A stretch of DNA of 64,000 nt, from positions 3,580 to 67,579 of the IMG/VR virus record IMGVR_UViG_3300044714_000052; one strand, written 5' to 3'. Within the stretch, counting starts at the first letter, position 1, and every line of letters begins with the position of its first letter. Shown one piece after another: positions 54,363-63,874 of this stretch. The notes beneath the pieces are model-generated. The model did not search any database, had not been told where the DNA came from, and worked only from the letters and a program-made list of their open reading frames with translations. The DNA comes from a virus. The translations under genes were made by a program, and so were the position numbers.

Positions 54363-54607
54363 AAACGATCTTTCCAATTATAGTCAGTCTCAACCGATGC
54401 CCAGCCGTTCGGCTTGCGCTCGCCGGCCCCCGCCAACCAACCCTCTCCCCACGCCTTCGCGCACACGGCAAATGTTGCTGGCGGGATCGGTGGCCGGCCG
54501 AGAAGCCCGGCCGTGTGGCCGGCCGATCGTGCCCAGGTGAGCGCTTCGGTAGATGCGCCGGCGGGTTTGGGCGCGGGCTCCGGGAAGACTTCCTTGTCAA
54601 AATTCAC
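54359..54607 (-). CDS. Hypothetical protein
   Basis: Fills the operon gap; AW.EGW.AG motif. Confidence 0.5.
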   Translation of the reverse strand: MNFDKEVFPEPAPKPAGASTEALTWARSAGHTAGLLGRPPIPPATFAVCAKAWGEGWLAGAGERKPNGWASVETDYNWKDRL

Positions 54608-55016
54608 GGTAGCGCCTTGGCGGTTTTGGCGGCGGCCGCAGATCGGGGTGATGCTCAGCCAGCATCTTTACGACGCCCTCTTGGCATAGCCGCATCCATT
54701 CGATGAACATTCGCTTCCCGACGCGCTGCTCTCCGGTGAGAGCGTAAGTCGCCAAGGGGTCCGGGAATCCTGTCGGCGAGGCCACCGCATAGCGCTCGGC
54801 GAAGAACCCGGTCAGCTCCAGCGTCTTCCATGCCTCGCGGCGCCCGATCTCGCTGGCAAATACTTCGGTCCAGAAGGCTTTCGCCTCAGCAGCCTCACGT
54901 TTGCCGGCGTCCCGGATGCGGCGATGATGCGTCGGGTCCGCCAGGTTCGGAATTTGAGGAGCGTCTTCCTCAGCATCCTCGTCGGCGAAAGGCTCCTCAC
55001 CGCGCTCATTGCTCAT
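54597..55016 (-). CDS. Bbp19-like head assembly protein
   Basis: V..SEIGRR..W..L...G...; T....GEQ.VG. Confidence 0.7.
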   Translation of the reverse strand: MSNERGEEPFADEDAEEDAPQIPNLADPTHHRRIRDAGKREAAEAKAFWTEVFASEIGRREAWKTLELTGFFAERYAVASPTGFPDPLATYALTGEQRVGKRMFIEWMRLCQEGVVKMLAEHHPDLRPPPKPPRRYREF

Positions 55017-55225
55017 GCCGGGATAACGAATTTCGTCCCGCACCAGGGGCAGAATCTGATCGGAGGCAAGTCATGCCCGATCTCATAATGCGCTGGGTAC
55101 TCCTCTGGAGGATATCCGGGTTCTGTCACAGTTATTTCTTCTCCGTATCCCTCGGCATCAGTGCCCCGCTCGCGCGCTTTGGCAAAGACTTCGCAGCAAT
55201 ATTTGCTGGCTAGCTTCTCGCTCAT
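55013..55225 (-). CDS. Small zinc-ribbon protein
   Basis: YCC ... IRFCPWCGTK. Confidence 0.65.
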   Translation of the reverse strand: MSEKLASKYCCEVFAKARERGTDAEGYGEEITVTEPGYPPEEYPAHYEIGHDLPPIRFCPWCGTKFVIPA

Positions 55226-55404
55226 CCTCCAAACCAACGCTTAAACGCGGAATTATCTACGTAGGTCAACTCTCCGGGCTTCATGCCTTCCATGCCCTTC
55301 GGGAGGGGCGGACGCTCCCCGATGAACTTTGGTTCTTCCACGAGTCTGGACAGCTTCTGGTCGATCGAGGCGAGCAACGCGATAATCTGTTCTGCTTGAG
55401 TCAA
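55222..55404 (-). CDS. Hypothetical protein
   Basis: Coupled ORF. Confidence 0.5.
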   Translation of the reverse strand: MTQAEQIIALLASIDQKLSRLVEEPKFIGERPPLPKGMEGMKPGELTYVDNSAFKRWFGG

Positions 55405-55874
55405 TGTATTACACTCCCCTCGGGAATTATGATGCCGCCCGGCGTCACGACCTGGACCGGCCGCGTGTCGCGATGCGGCCCCGGCATCGGCTCGGGTAGA
55501 ATCATCCCGAGCTTGCCGGTCGCCTTCGTCCGCATCTCCTCGGCCTCGCGGGCAAACATGCGCAGATTCTCCGCGAGCTTCTTAAACCTGACATCTGCTT
55601 CCTTGCGCTCGTCCTTCGTCTTCGACCCGCGTATCCAAGCCCCGGCGCGGCGGTGGACCTCGCCCATCATGATCCCGATGTTGAGCCAACGGTAATCCTC
55701 GCGCCATGTGCAGGCTTGCTGGCACGCGCCCTCAATCAGTCGGATTTCCGACAGGAATGCGAAATATTCAAAGCCCCGGCGCGGATGCCACGCCAATTTC
55801 TCGCATCTTTCAGCAGCGAGCGCGAAGTTCTCCGAAAGGCACGAAAAGATTTCGATCTCGGTTAAGGCGCTCAT
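55401..55874 (-). CDS. Hypothetical phage protein
   Basis: Coupled ORF; TPGGIIIP C-terminus. Confidence 0.65.
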   Translation of the reverse strand: MSALTEIEIFSCLSENFALAAERCEKLAWHPRRGFEYFAFLSEIRLIEGACQQACTWREDYRWLNIGIMMGEVHRRAGAWIRGSKTKDERKEADVRFKKLAENLRMFAREAEEMRTKATGKLGMILPEPMPGPHRDTRPVQVVTPGGIIIPEGSVIH

Positions 55875-56341
55875 GACTTGCGCGCGCTCTCGCGGATCGC
55901 GGCGAGCATATCCGCCTCCGGCCCCGGCAAAACTGGCGCGGGGCCAGCAGCCAGGGCCGGGAGGACGGTCGGGGCCAGCGCCGAAGCACCGGCTTGCCGC
56001 CGTAGCTCGCGAGCGCGGAACCGATTGGCGGCCCGGCGCTTGTTCTTCGCTTTGCGGGATGCCCTCTGCTCGGCGGTGAGCGGGAAGGAGGCATAGACGG
56101 CGCGCGGCCCACAGAAGATATTGAGCGACCCAGGCGTCACCGTCATACCTTCGAGAAAGGCATCGTCAGCGACGATGGGAGGCGCGACTACTTGCTGGTA
56201 ATGCCAACCAATCGCCGCCATCGGGTCAGGCTCGCCCTCCACCTTGCGGATTTCGGCAAGTTCTTCTTCGGTCGGCTCGGCATGCGGATCGTCCACAATC
56301 CAATGGCTCGCGCGAAGGCCGCGAATTTTGTGCTCGTTCAT
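55871..56341 (-). CDS. Hypothetical protein
   Basis: Coupled to the portal stop codon. Confidence 0.55.
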   Translation of the reverse strand: MNEHKIRGLRASHWIVDDPHAEPTEEELAEIRKVEGEPDPMAAIGWHYQQVVAPPIVADDAFLEGMTVTPGSLNIFCGPRAVYASFPLTAEQRASRKAKNKRRAANRFRARELRRQAGASALAPTVLPALAAGPAPVLPGPEADMLAAIRESARKS

Positions 56342-58182
56342 CCTTGCCCCGCTTGCTGGCCACCACCGACCAATTGCCCGAGCGCCGAGTTGCCCCCGTC
56401 GGGCGGTATCGCCGCGAGGCCCTGCGCCGCCTGCACTGCCGGCTGTGCGAGTTGGGCCGCCTGCGCCAGCGCCGCGTGCTGCGCCTTCATTTGATCCATC
56501 TGCTCAACCTGCTGCGGCGTGTACGTGTCCTTAGCGGGGAAGCCGCTCAAATCGCAATAGTCCCGCATCGTCTCGTCAAGGTTGATGACCCGGATCGGCT
56601 GCGGCACGCCGGCGACCTGCGCGGCTTCGGCGAGTTTCCCGGCCAGCGCCAGCGTGCGTTCCATCGAGCCAATCTGCGCCTGGCGCTGCGCCTGCTTCAT
56701 CATGCTCGTGTAGGTCAGCTTGATCGGGGTACCGCGCAGGGATTCGGGCATTGGCTTGACCAACCCGCGCCGCTGCATGATCGACACGACGCGCTGAATG
56801 CCGGAGGCGACCTCTTGCTCGAACAACTCGATGACCGGGCCGAGGAGTTGGATTTTCTCGGCGACCCGCTGGGACAGCTCGAACTCGTTTTTTGGCTGGA
56901 TGCCCTCCATATTCGTGATCGCCATGAAGACATCGACGTTGAACGCCTTTTCGATCCGGGCCTCGACGCGCTCGATATCCTGGACGAGCGGGGCCATGCC
57001 CTGCCCGTTGACCTCGAAAGCCGGGTAAAACTGGGTCTTTCCGTCCTTGGCGTTCACATAGGTAATTTCGCCGGGCAAGATGCTGGCCGGCTTGCGCTCC
57101 AATTCGACATCCCCGACCATCGGCGGCCGGACCATCTTGTCGATGTACTCACCCTTGCGGCTCTCTTCCTGCTGAAGCTGCCGCGTGCCCGGCAGCGCGT
57201 CCATGCCCCAGCCGCGTCCATAGGCATCGTTCGAGGTTTTCGACGCCCGCACTGCCATGAAGGGCCGCTCGGTGAACCCACGCCGCGACAGGGGACGCTC
57301 GCGTGCCCCACCACGCAGCCAGTAAAGCTCGCGGAAGGTGAAGTGGTCCGGCACCACCTTTATCTGCTTGCCGCCACGCCGCGAGGCGATCGGGTAGTTC
57401 GGCTCGATCGCATGGACGACGATGAATTCCTTATCGACAGAAGCGCCGCCTCCTTCCCACGCTTTCCGTATTTCCAGCGGGCAGTTCTCGACCCTGAAGA
57501 ACTCGACGATCTGTCCGACCGTGTAGGTGAACTCGCGGTAGAGCACGTCCACCGATAGCCGCGACCCGACTTGCAGGAAATACTCCCCGGCGCACGGGTT
57601 GTAGACCCGGATCACGTCCTCGTAGTCTTCGTAGATTATCAGCGGCGACGTGCCGAAAGTCGCCACGTCCTGAAACATCTGTGCGGATTCGAGATACCAG
57701 TTCGACCCGGCCATCACGGCGAGGATGCGCTCCGCCGTGTCGTCGAGCCACATGCGACCCGCTGCGTCCGGCTCGATCGACGATAGCGCCGGGTCCAGCC
57801 GGAACCACGGCCGGGACGGCGACATTAGCCCAGACAGCATCCCCGCTGCGGCGATCCGCATCGCCAAGGTCGCCGTCTCGTTGACGATCGATTCGTTTAC
57901 CGGAAAGCCGCGGTTGAAGGTGTTGGCGCTGATCCACCAATGCCAGCGATACGGCAAAATATACTGCGCGAGTATCGCCCAATGTTGCCACCAAGAGTAG
58001 CGCCACGATCGCAGCATGTTGAGCCGCGCTTCGACGCTCTGGTAGACGGTTGGCCAGTCTTCCCAGATCGGGCGCGGCTCGTAGTCGTTGTCGTTGACCG
58101 GCTGGAGCGCCAGGATGCCAGGGCCGGCCTGCTCGTAGGGAGCCGATCCGAAATCCTGAATGGCGGCGGCTGACTGGGCCAT
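56338..58182 (-). CDS. Portal / head-tail connector protein
   Basis: AAGMLSGLMSPSRPWFRL, FGT, YGRG.GMDAL, EKI.LLGPV. Confidence 0.93.
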   Translation of the reverse strand: MAQSAAAIQDFGSAPYEQAGPGILALQPVNDNDYEPRPIWEDWPTVYQSVEARLNMLRSWRYSWWQHWAILAQYILPYRWHWWISANTFNRGFPVNESIVNETATLAMRIAAAGMLSGLMSPSRPWFRLDPALSSIEPDAAGRMWLDDTAERILAVMAGSNWYLESAQMFQDVATFGTSPLIIYEDYEDVIRVYNPCAGEYFLQVGSRLSVDVLYREFTYTVGQIVEFFRVENCPLEIRKAWEGGGASVDKEFIVVHAIEPNYPIASRRGGKQIKVVPDHFTFRELYWLRGGARERPLSRRGFTERPFMAVRASKTSNDAYGRGWGMDALPGTRQLQQEESRKGEYIDKMVRPPMVGDVELERKPASILPGEITYVNAKDGKTQFYPAFEVNGQGMAPLVQDIERVEARIEKAFNVDVFMAITNMEGIQPKNEFELSQRVAEKIQLLGPVIELFEQEVASGIQRVVSIMQRRGLVKPMPESLRGTPIKLTYTSMMKQAQRQAQIGSMERTLALAGKLAEAAQVAGVPQPIRVINLDETMRDYCDLSGFPAKDTYTPQQVEQMDQMKAQHAALAQAAQLAQPAVQAAQGLAAIPPDGGNSALGQLVGGGQQAGQG

Positions 58183-58373
58183 CAGGGCTTGTCGTCAAGC
58201 AGCCGCTGGTTGATGCGGTTGATCGGCAGCATGTGCGCCACCTTCGCTGAGATGAACGTCTCGATCGCCGAAGTCAGCCGCTCGGCATAGGGGCCCGACG
58301 GGATTTCGACGACAGCGATGATCTGCCGGATAAGCGCGTGCCGGGCCACGAGAAGGTCATCGGCCGCAGTCAT
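58182..58373 (-). CDS. Hypothetical protein
   Basis: TGATG-coupled to the portal gene. Confidence 0.5.
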   Translation of the reverse strand: MTAADDLLVARHALIRQIIAVVEIPSGPYAERLTSAIETFISAKVAHMLPINRINQRLLDDKP

Positions 58374-58387
58374 CAGGTCAGGCTCGC

Positions 58388-58603
58388 TCACTGGCCGGTC
58401 AAAGTTTTCTGCGCGGTCGGCGGTGTCGCGGCACCCTGGCCCGTCGTCAGGATCGTCCCCGACAACCCTCCGCCGGCAGCAGCGGCAGCCGCATTCGCCG
58501 CAGCAGCACCCGACGTTGAGACGGCCGGCGTCGCTGCCGATGGTGGTGTTGGCGGGGGAGGAGGTGGGGGAGGAGCCGGTATCTTCGGCGCGAGGAAGCC
58601 CGT
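58388..58603 (-). CDS. Conserved pre-portal Pro/Ala-rich virion protein (apparent ACG start)
   Basis: xGFLAPKIPAPPPP ... GTILT.GQG ... KTLTGQ; AAGGAG 7 nt before ACG. Confidence 0.7.
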   Translation of the reverse strand, partial: TGFLAPKIPAPPPPPPPPTPPSAATPAVSTSGAAAANAAAAAAGGGLSGTILTTGQGAATPPTAQKTLTGQ

Positions 58604-58614
58604 TTTCGTTCTCC

Positions 58615-59148
58615 TTACAGTAGCAACGCCTGCCCCGTGAAGGGGTTTTCCGAGCGCGCATGTTTTCTTAGATTGCACAAACCATGTGCAGCCGCAAGGT
58701 TTGTGACATCGTGCGTCCCGCCTTTGGCTAAAGGGATGACATGGTCAAGTGTGGCTGGGTTGCTTTTGGTGAACCGTTTGCGGCAAACGTGGCAGCTCGC
58801 TGCCCTCAGTACACGCTCCACTTCGTCAGATGTCGCGGTCGCAGATGACTGGAGCTTTAGGGCGCGGCGCTTGGCTTCATGCGCTACCGCCCTGCGTTTG
58901 CCAATGGCGGTTTGCTTGTATGCCGCCCTTACCGCGGCGCTCACATGCTTCCTGTCGGCGCAATATTTTAGCCGATCCTCGCGATTCGCCCAATAGTAAG
59001 CTATTGCGTAGGTCCGGCGATAATCTTGGTGCCGCTGATATTCTGCCGGCCAGTCACGCTGCGGCCTGTTTGCCTCATACTCCGCAAGCTTCTCGGGGTG
59101 CGCCGCGCGCCAAGTCTTCATGTACTCGCGCTTTTCGGCCGCATCCAT
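58615..59148 (-). CDS. HNH endonuclease
   Basis: CHVC...LDHVIPLAKGGTH...NL...H..CN..K. Confidence 0.9.
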   Translation of the reverse strand: MDAAEKREYMKTWRAAHPEKLAEYEANRPQRDWPAEYQRHQDYRRTYAIAYYWANREDRLKYCADRKHVSAAVRAAYKQTAIGKRRAVAHEAKRRALKLQSSATATSDEVERVLRAASCHVCRKRFTKSNPATLDHVIPLAKGGTHDVTNLAAAHGLCNLRKHARSENPFTGQALLL

Positions 59149-59381
59149 CACCCAGCCTCTCCCATCTCGCGCGCGGCCTCGCACACCAATTCCGGGTCAA
59201 TCGCCGTCGCCAATGCCTCGCGCACGACCAGCGCGCACTCCGGGTGCCCGTCGGCAATCGCCCGCACGCCCTGCGCCAGCGCTTCAGCATGCGTCTCGCA
59301 CAGCACAAAGCACAGATGCACGCTGACCGAATTGTGATTCGCGCACTCCGCTCGCGTCTCGACGACCCAGGCCGATTTCAT
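59148..59381 (-). CDS. Hypothetical protein
   Basis: Coupled at both ends. Confidence 0.55.
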   Translation of the reverse strand: MKSAWVVETRAECANHNSVSVHLCFVLCETHAEALAQGVRAIADGHPECALVVREALATAIDPELVCEAAREMGEAG

Positions 59382-60838
59382 CGCAGTATCTCGCTATCCT
59401 GAATCTTGTACGGGTTGTACTCCGAACGGAAATACCCCCGGTTCCGGCCCATCCCGCGATCCGGGCGCCGAGAGCCGACCGGCTGTGCAAAGGTCATCGC
59501 CAGCGCGTCCGCGTGATCCGGCGACATCCCAATCCGCGCTTTCAACTGCTCCTTGTCCTCCAACTGAAGACGATCCCGATTATATGTATACATCGTCTGC
59601 GTCAATGCCTGCGTCAACTCCGGGCAGTCCGGCGGCAACTGGCCGCCCTGCTTTATCCACTCAACCAGCTCCCAATAAATCTCGGCCCGCTTGTTCAAAT
59701 ATCGCGGGTCGTTAGGTGCCCCGGCAAACTGCACGGCGACCGGCCGATGCCCCAGCAGCCGCAAATTGTCGATCCAGCTTGCCCCGTACCCGCCCGTGTT
59801 GTCCACGAAGCACGCATCCGCATCCCAGTCCTGCCACTTCCGCGACACGTGCCCGGCGCCCTGGATGCCATCTATGTTCCGCCACATCGAGGGCCGAAAG
59901 GCCACCAGCCCCTGCCGCGGGAACAGCACCGACGCGTCGTCGCCCTCGCGTGCCACGTCCACCCCCATCAGCCGCGACGAGTACGCAATGTCGTGCTCGC
60001 GGTACGACCGCTTCCCGGCCGCCTCCATCTCCTCCGGCCCGATCAGCACATTCAAGTCCGAGTCCGGGAACTCCGCGAATACGTTGACCTTGACGAAGGC
60101 ATTATTCCGTCCCCACCGCGCGATTTCCTGCTTGGCCCACTCAAGGGGTATCCGCGGGCTCCGCTCCGGGTCGTCCGGGTCGCCGGTGATGCGCACCCAC
60201 TCCCAAAGCCCCCGCTCGCTTGTGGACGCCCGGTAGAGCGGTCCCGACCGCTTCGACGTGTTCCCGGCCTGCGCCATCCGCGCCTCGTGGTTGTCGTCAA
60301 TGCCGGCCGTCATCGCGGCCTCCGCCGACGCCATCACGGCTTCCGGCATCCCGCCGGTCTCATCCAGCAAATACAAAATCCGATCCGCGTGGAACCCCGC
60401 CAGGGTGTTTGCCTGCTCCTCCGCATTCGCATTCTGCTTCCAGGTCCGCGCCGACACAAACCACGTCTTCGGGTACTGCTTGCAGATGATCCGCGCGCTC
60501 TGAACCTCAAACAACTCCTGTAACAACTTCGACTTACCATGCCACTTCGCAAGTTCCTTCCAGAGACCATCCTGCAAGTTCTGCCCAGAGATCGACGTGA
60601 CCCCGACGTTGGACTGCCACCGGGTCAGCACAAAATTCCAGCACAGCCACGCCAAGATGGTTGTCTTTCCGGGACCCTTGGCACACCCCATCGCAATTCG
60701 CTGCCGATGCGGAAACAACTCCAATACCTTCTCTTGCCATGCATCCGGGACCGCCCCAAACTCCTCCCGAACCATCTGCGCAGGGTGCCGCTCCCACCGC
60801 AGCAACCGCTCCGCACCAACGTCAATCGGGCTTGGCAT
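59378..60838 (-). CDS. terL: Terminase large subunit
   Basis: PDAWQ, KGPGKT Walker A, LLDE Walker B, GVDVAR.GDD, SPD.ADAL. Confidence 0.95.
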   Translation of the reverse strand: MPSPIDVGAERLLRWERHPAQMVREEFGAVPDAWQEKVLELFPHRQRIAMGCAKGPGKTTILAWLCWNFVLTRWQSNVGVTSISGQNLQDGLWKELAKWHGKSKLLQELFEVQSARIICKQYPKTWFVSARTWKQNANAEEQANTLAGFHADRILYLLDETGGMPEAVMASAEAAMTAGIDDNHEARMAQAGNTSKRSGPLYRASTSERGLWEWVRITGDPDDPERSPRIPLEWAKQEIARWGRNNAFVKVNVFAEFPDSDLNVLIGPEEMEAAGKRSYREHDIAYSSRLMGVDVAREGDDASVLFPRQGLVAFRPSMWRNIDGIQGAGHVSRKWQDWDADACFVDNTGGYGASWIDNLRLLGHRPVAVQFAGAPNDPRYLNKRAEIYWELVEWIKQGGQLPPDCPELTQALTQTMYTYNRDRLQLEDKEQLKARIGMSPDHADALAMTFAQPVGSRRPDRGMGRNRGYFRSEYNPYKIQDSEILR

Positions 60839-61007
60839 GGCGCCGCATCATTTCAATGCGCCCTAAAGAGCGGGCCTCAATCTCGTCCGGCGCTACGGAT
60901 TCGGAATACAGTCGGGCCAAAGTCTCCACTGCCCCGATCAACTCCTCGCGCGTCATCTCAGAGAGCCGCTTCCCCTTGAATGTCACTACCGGGTCGGGCA
61001 TCATCAA
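60822..61007 (-). CDS. Hypothetical protein
   Basis: GAGG RBS; GK.LSEMTREELI. Confidence 0.6.
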   Translation of the reverse strand: MMMPDPVVTFKGKRLSEMTREELIGAVETLARLYSESVAPDEIEARSLGRIEMMRRHAKPD

Positions 61008-61855
61008 CCTCTCCAGAATTTACATTTTTTATGTGTGCGACCGGCCGCCTCTCAGCCTATTAGGACAGACCAGCGAGCCCACGTCGGTAAACCACCTCAA
61101 GCCTGGCCGCAGCGCTCGCCCGCGCCGAACATCCATCACAAAGCCAACCCGGCGAGCACTCCTCCCCGTGCCCTAGCGTCTGCCCGCACGGAACGCCCCG
61201 CCGGGGATCATCTGCAATCAAACTCAATTCCGTAACCACATTTTTTATATGTGTAGGCAACATCGCCACTCCCTATTAGGCAAGCAACTTCAGAACACTC
61301 CCAATCCACGTCGCCAGCATCCGGGACGGCAAGCCTGCGCTCAGCCACCAACCGCACGCCTCACACACCCTCCGCTCCGCACAATCCCCACATCCCGAAT
61401 CGCCACCACACGGAATCGCCCCACCTCGATGCGAGCCTGCCCAAACTAAACGGCAAATCGCATTTTTTATTTTCAGGTCACTCATGCGATGCCTATTAAG
61501 CGCAAAAGATGACATATCCGAGATGTAATCCCATCTCTGGCAGAGGCATCAATTTGGATGCAGTAACACCCAAGCGGGTCAAGAGCGCCAGCATCCCTCA
61601 GACTATCGTATTCCGCTTGCGTCATTACTCTCTTCCTCTGCCATTCAGCAAAATCTGATGGCAACTGACTATTTTTATTTTCTGCTAACCGCATCTGTCC
61701 GCCTATAACCGATCCGCCGAGACGAGAGAGGAGGGGTAGGTGTCAATCGAGCGAGGCCGGGTATGCCCCCCAAACGGTACTTTTCTCGAACCGGGGGGGA
61801 GGGTCGATCTGCCGCCTTTGGTACTCGGGATAACACCTGTTGTCACGAGTACGCA

Positions 61856-62413
61856 CTATCGTTTGTCTTCAATGGCTTGCGTCGGCTGCACATCGTCAGC
61901 GTGTTCAATAGTCTTCATCTCGTCTTTGCGTTGAAACAGCGTCTCAAGAGCGAGTGAGCCGCTGACTTCCTGCTCGACCCGATCGGCCCACATCACAGCT
62001 TCGGCGGGCTCGCGTTTCTTGCCCCGACGGTTCCGCAACCATAAGGAGGCCGCGTTCGTATCTGGCGGGAAATGCTCGATAAATGGCGCATAGACTGGCT
62101 CCGGAGCACCTGCCGGCATGAAGATTTTGACTGCTTCGTGGCTCCAGCCGAGACCGCGACGGTACAGCGAATGAGCCATGTGGGCATCGGCTTCAGCTTT
62201 GCCGCGCGCGCAGGACTCGGACAATTCTGGGTGTTTTGAACGCCACTCGTAGAGCGTGTCCGGGCTGATTTTGAAGCAATTGGCCATTTCATTATCGGTC
62301 GCGCCGAGCAGGCAGAGCTTGAACGCGAGTTCTGGATGGAAGCTTGCGTCGTAACCTGTTGGTCTACCGGCTGGCATGTTGGGGCACATAGCGCAGGCTG
62401 GGGTAGGTTGCAA
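61856..62413 (-). CDS. terS: Terminase small subunit (likely start MPAGRPT near 62377)
   Basis: GRPT.Y, LCLLGATD.E.A..F.I...T...W...HPE, SLY.R..G, PPDT.AA..WL.NR. Confidence 0.9.
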   Translation of the reverse strand: MQPTPACAMCPNMPAGRPTGYDASFHPELAFKLCLLGATDNEMANCFKISPDTLYEWRSKHPELSESCARGKAEADAHMAHSLYRRGLGWSHEAVKIFMPAGAPEPVYAPFIEHFPPDTNAASLWLRNRRGKKREPAEAVMWADRVEQEVSGSLALETLFQRKDEMKTIEHADDVQPTQAIEDKR

Positions 62414-62667
62414 GCGCTGAAGGAAGTTCCGCTAAAGCGGCCACGCCCTTTCGGGCTATTTTGGTGCATCGTGCCCCACGACACCCCCTTACCCCCTAGG
62501 CACCCCTGGAGGCTTGCGGATGACGTTGATATGGCAACCTGGTGTTCCGGCGACGTGGTGAGGCTGCGCCGGGCTTAGATTGCTCCCGGCTGCTTAGGCT
62601 CGGTCCAGCGCGTTGTGTGGCCGCGGCACTTGGCTCCTCCGCATTGCATTGCTCGGGAGAACCGGCG

Positions 62668-62886
62668 TCATGATGGATTGCCTGCCGAGCGGACGACGCG
62701 GGGTTGATTTTCCGCGGGCGCATCAGAAGGCCCTAAAGCAAGATACTCGTCGAGCCAGTGTTGGTAGGATGGATGTTTGAGGCGCGGGCGACACCAGCGC
62801 AATAAGCGCTTCAGCCACGCAATTTCGTATTCCAGGTCTTGACGTTGGGAACTTGGCTGTGCCACAAGCGCCTCGCTGCTCGACAC
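62668..62886 (-). CDS. Hypothetical protein
   Basis: ORF with an upstream GGAGG-like RBS. Confidence 0.35.
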   Translation of the reverse strand: MSSSEALVAQPSSQRQDLEYEIAWLKRLLRWCRPRLKHPSYQHWLDEYLALGPSDAPAENQPRVVRSAGNPS

Positions 62887-62925
62887 AGCGCTGCTACGAC
62901 AGCCCTCCCCTCGCTGTCAAGCACG

Positions 62926-62960
62926 AAACCCGGCCCGATCCCCCTCGGCGCCGGGTTTTT
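62926..62960. terminator. Putative intrinsic terminator
   Basis: AAACCCGGC ... GCCGGGTTTTT inverted repeat downstream of the 63004 gene. Confidence 0.55.
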
Positions 62961-63003
62961 CGTGCGCTCAGTCGAGGAGCTCGGCTGCCCCCTCGATCGC
63001 CGG

Positions 63004-63498
63004 CTAGGTCGGCAATCCCAGCCGTATTTTCATCGCCACCTCTGATACGTCAAGCGCCCTCGCCAGAGATTGCGCTGATGTGTTATGCCCTTTATCTGAA
63101 AGATGATCTTGTATTAGGTTCCATGGCATGAGCATATCGGCGGCAAATCTATTTGCTTCAGCTTCTCGGAAATTAGATAGCTTAGACCTATAGAACACGT
63201 CGTCCTCAAGGCTGTCACCGATAAGATCAAGATGTAATACAAAATGCCCTATTTCATGAGCTATAGTAAAGCGCTGCCTTACCTTCGCCTCTTCATTGTT
63301 TGCTAAAATTGCCCATCCAGAAGACCCACCCTCAGTAGGACTGCGATAAAGCTTTCCCGATATGCCAACCGGCAAGCGTCCAGAATACACGTTTATGCCT
63401 AGAGCGTGGGCAATGGCTCCTACCTGCACCGGGGCCTTTCCCTGATGTTGCCGTATCAGAGCTGTCGTATCAAGGGGGGGCATCGTCCCTCCATTCAT
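63004..63498 (-). CDS. ImmA/IrrE-family metallopeptidase (DUF955)
   Basis: RQRFTIAHEIGH, E.EANRFAA..LMP, VS..AM.IRL. Confidence 0.9.
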   Translation of the reverse strand: MNGGTMPPLDTTALIRQHQGKAPVQVGAIAHALGINVYSGRLPVGISGKLYRSPTEGGSSGWAILANNEEAKVRQRFTIAHEIGHFVLHLDLIGDSLEDDVFYRSKLSNFREAEANRFAADMLMPWNLIQDHLSDKGHNTSAQSLARALDVSEVAMKIRLGLPT

Positions 63499-63874
63499 CC
63501 TTTGCTGGCGTCCCCGGGAAACGCGGTTCTCGGGCATCGTCTGGTGAAACTCTCTCCTCGCCCAAAACTGACACAACCAGCGCGTTCTTCAAATGTTCTC
63601 TCGCGGTACGGGATACAAGGATCTCGATCTGCTCCATGAATGCGGGCTGTGCGAGATGCATCCGCACCGTCTCTTCCGCTTTAGCTCGGGCGGCAATTTC
63701 AGCTGAAATAATCGCACGTCTTCGAATCTCGCGGTATCCGAAGATCGTCACGATCGCGACGATCACCCCCAAGGCCGCTACGATAACGGTCGTCGCCAAC
63801 AAGACAAGGGTCGCCAAATCAAAGCGGCTCAGCGTCGCGGCGATCTCTCCGTTCGTGACCTGATTGCCGACCAT
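63470..63874 (-). CDS. Single-TM membrane protein paired with the peptidase
   Basis: Long hydrophobic helix then FGY..IR..A. Confidence 0.65.
   Translation of the reverse strand: MVGNQVTNGEIAATLSRFDLATLVLLATTVIVAALGVIVAIVTIFGYREIRRRAIISAEIAARAKAEETVRMHLAQPAFMEQIEILVSRTAREHLKNALVVSVLGEERVSPDDAREPRFPGTPAKDEWRDDAPP

Noticed and set aside
56344-57558. Long plus-strand ORFs opposite the portal, terminase, capsid and tail genes
   Set aside because: Antisense shadows typical of high-GC coding DNA; no motifs or RBS
61035-61700. Several short ORFs between terS and terL
   Set aside because: No recognisable motifs and skewed composition; I cannot choose a coding frame with confidence
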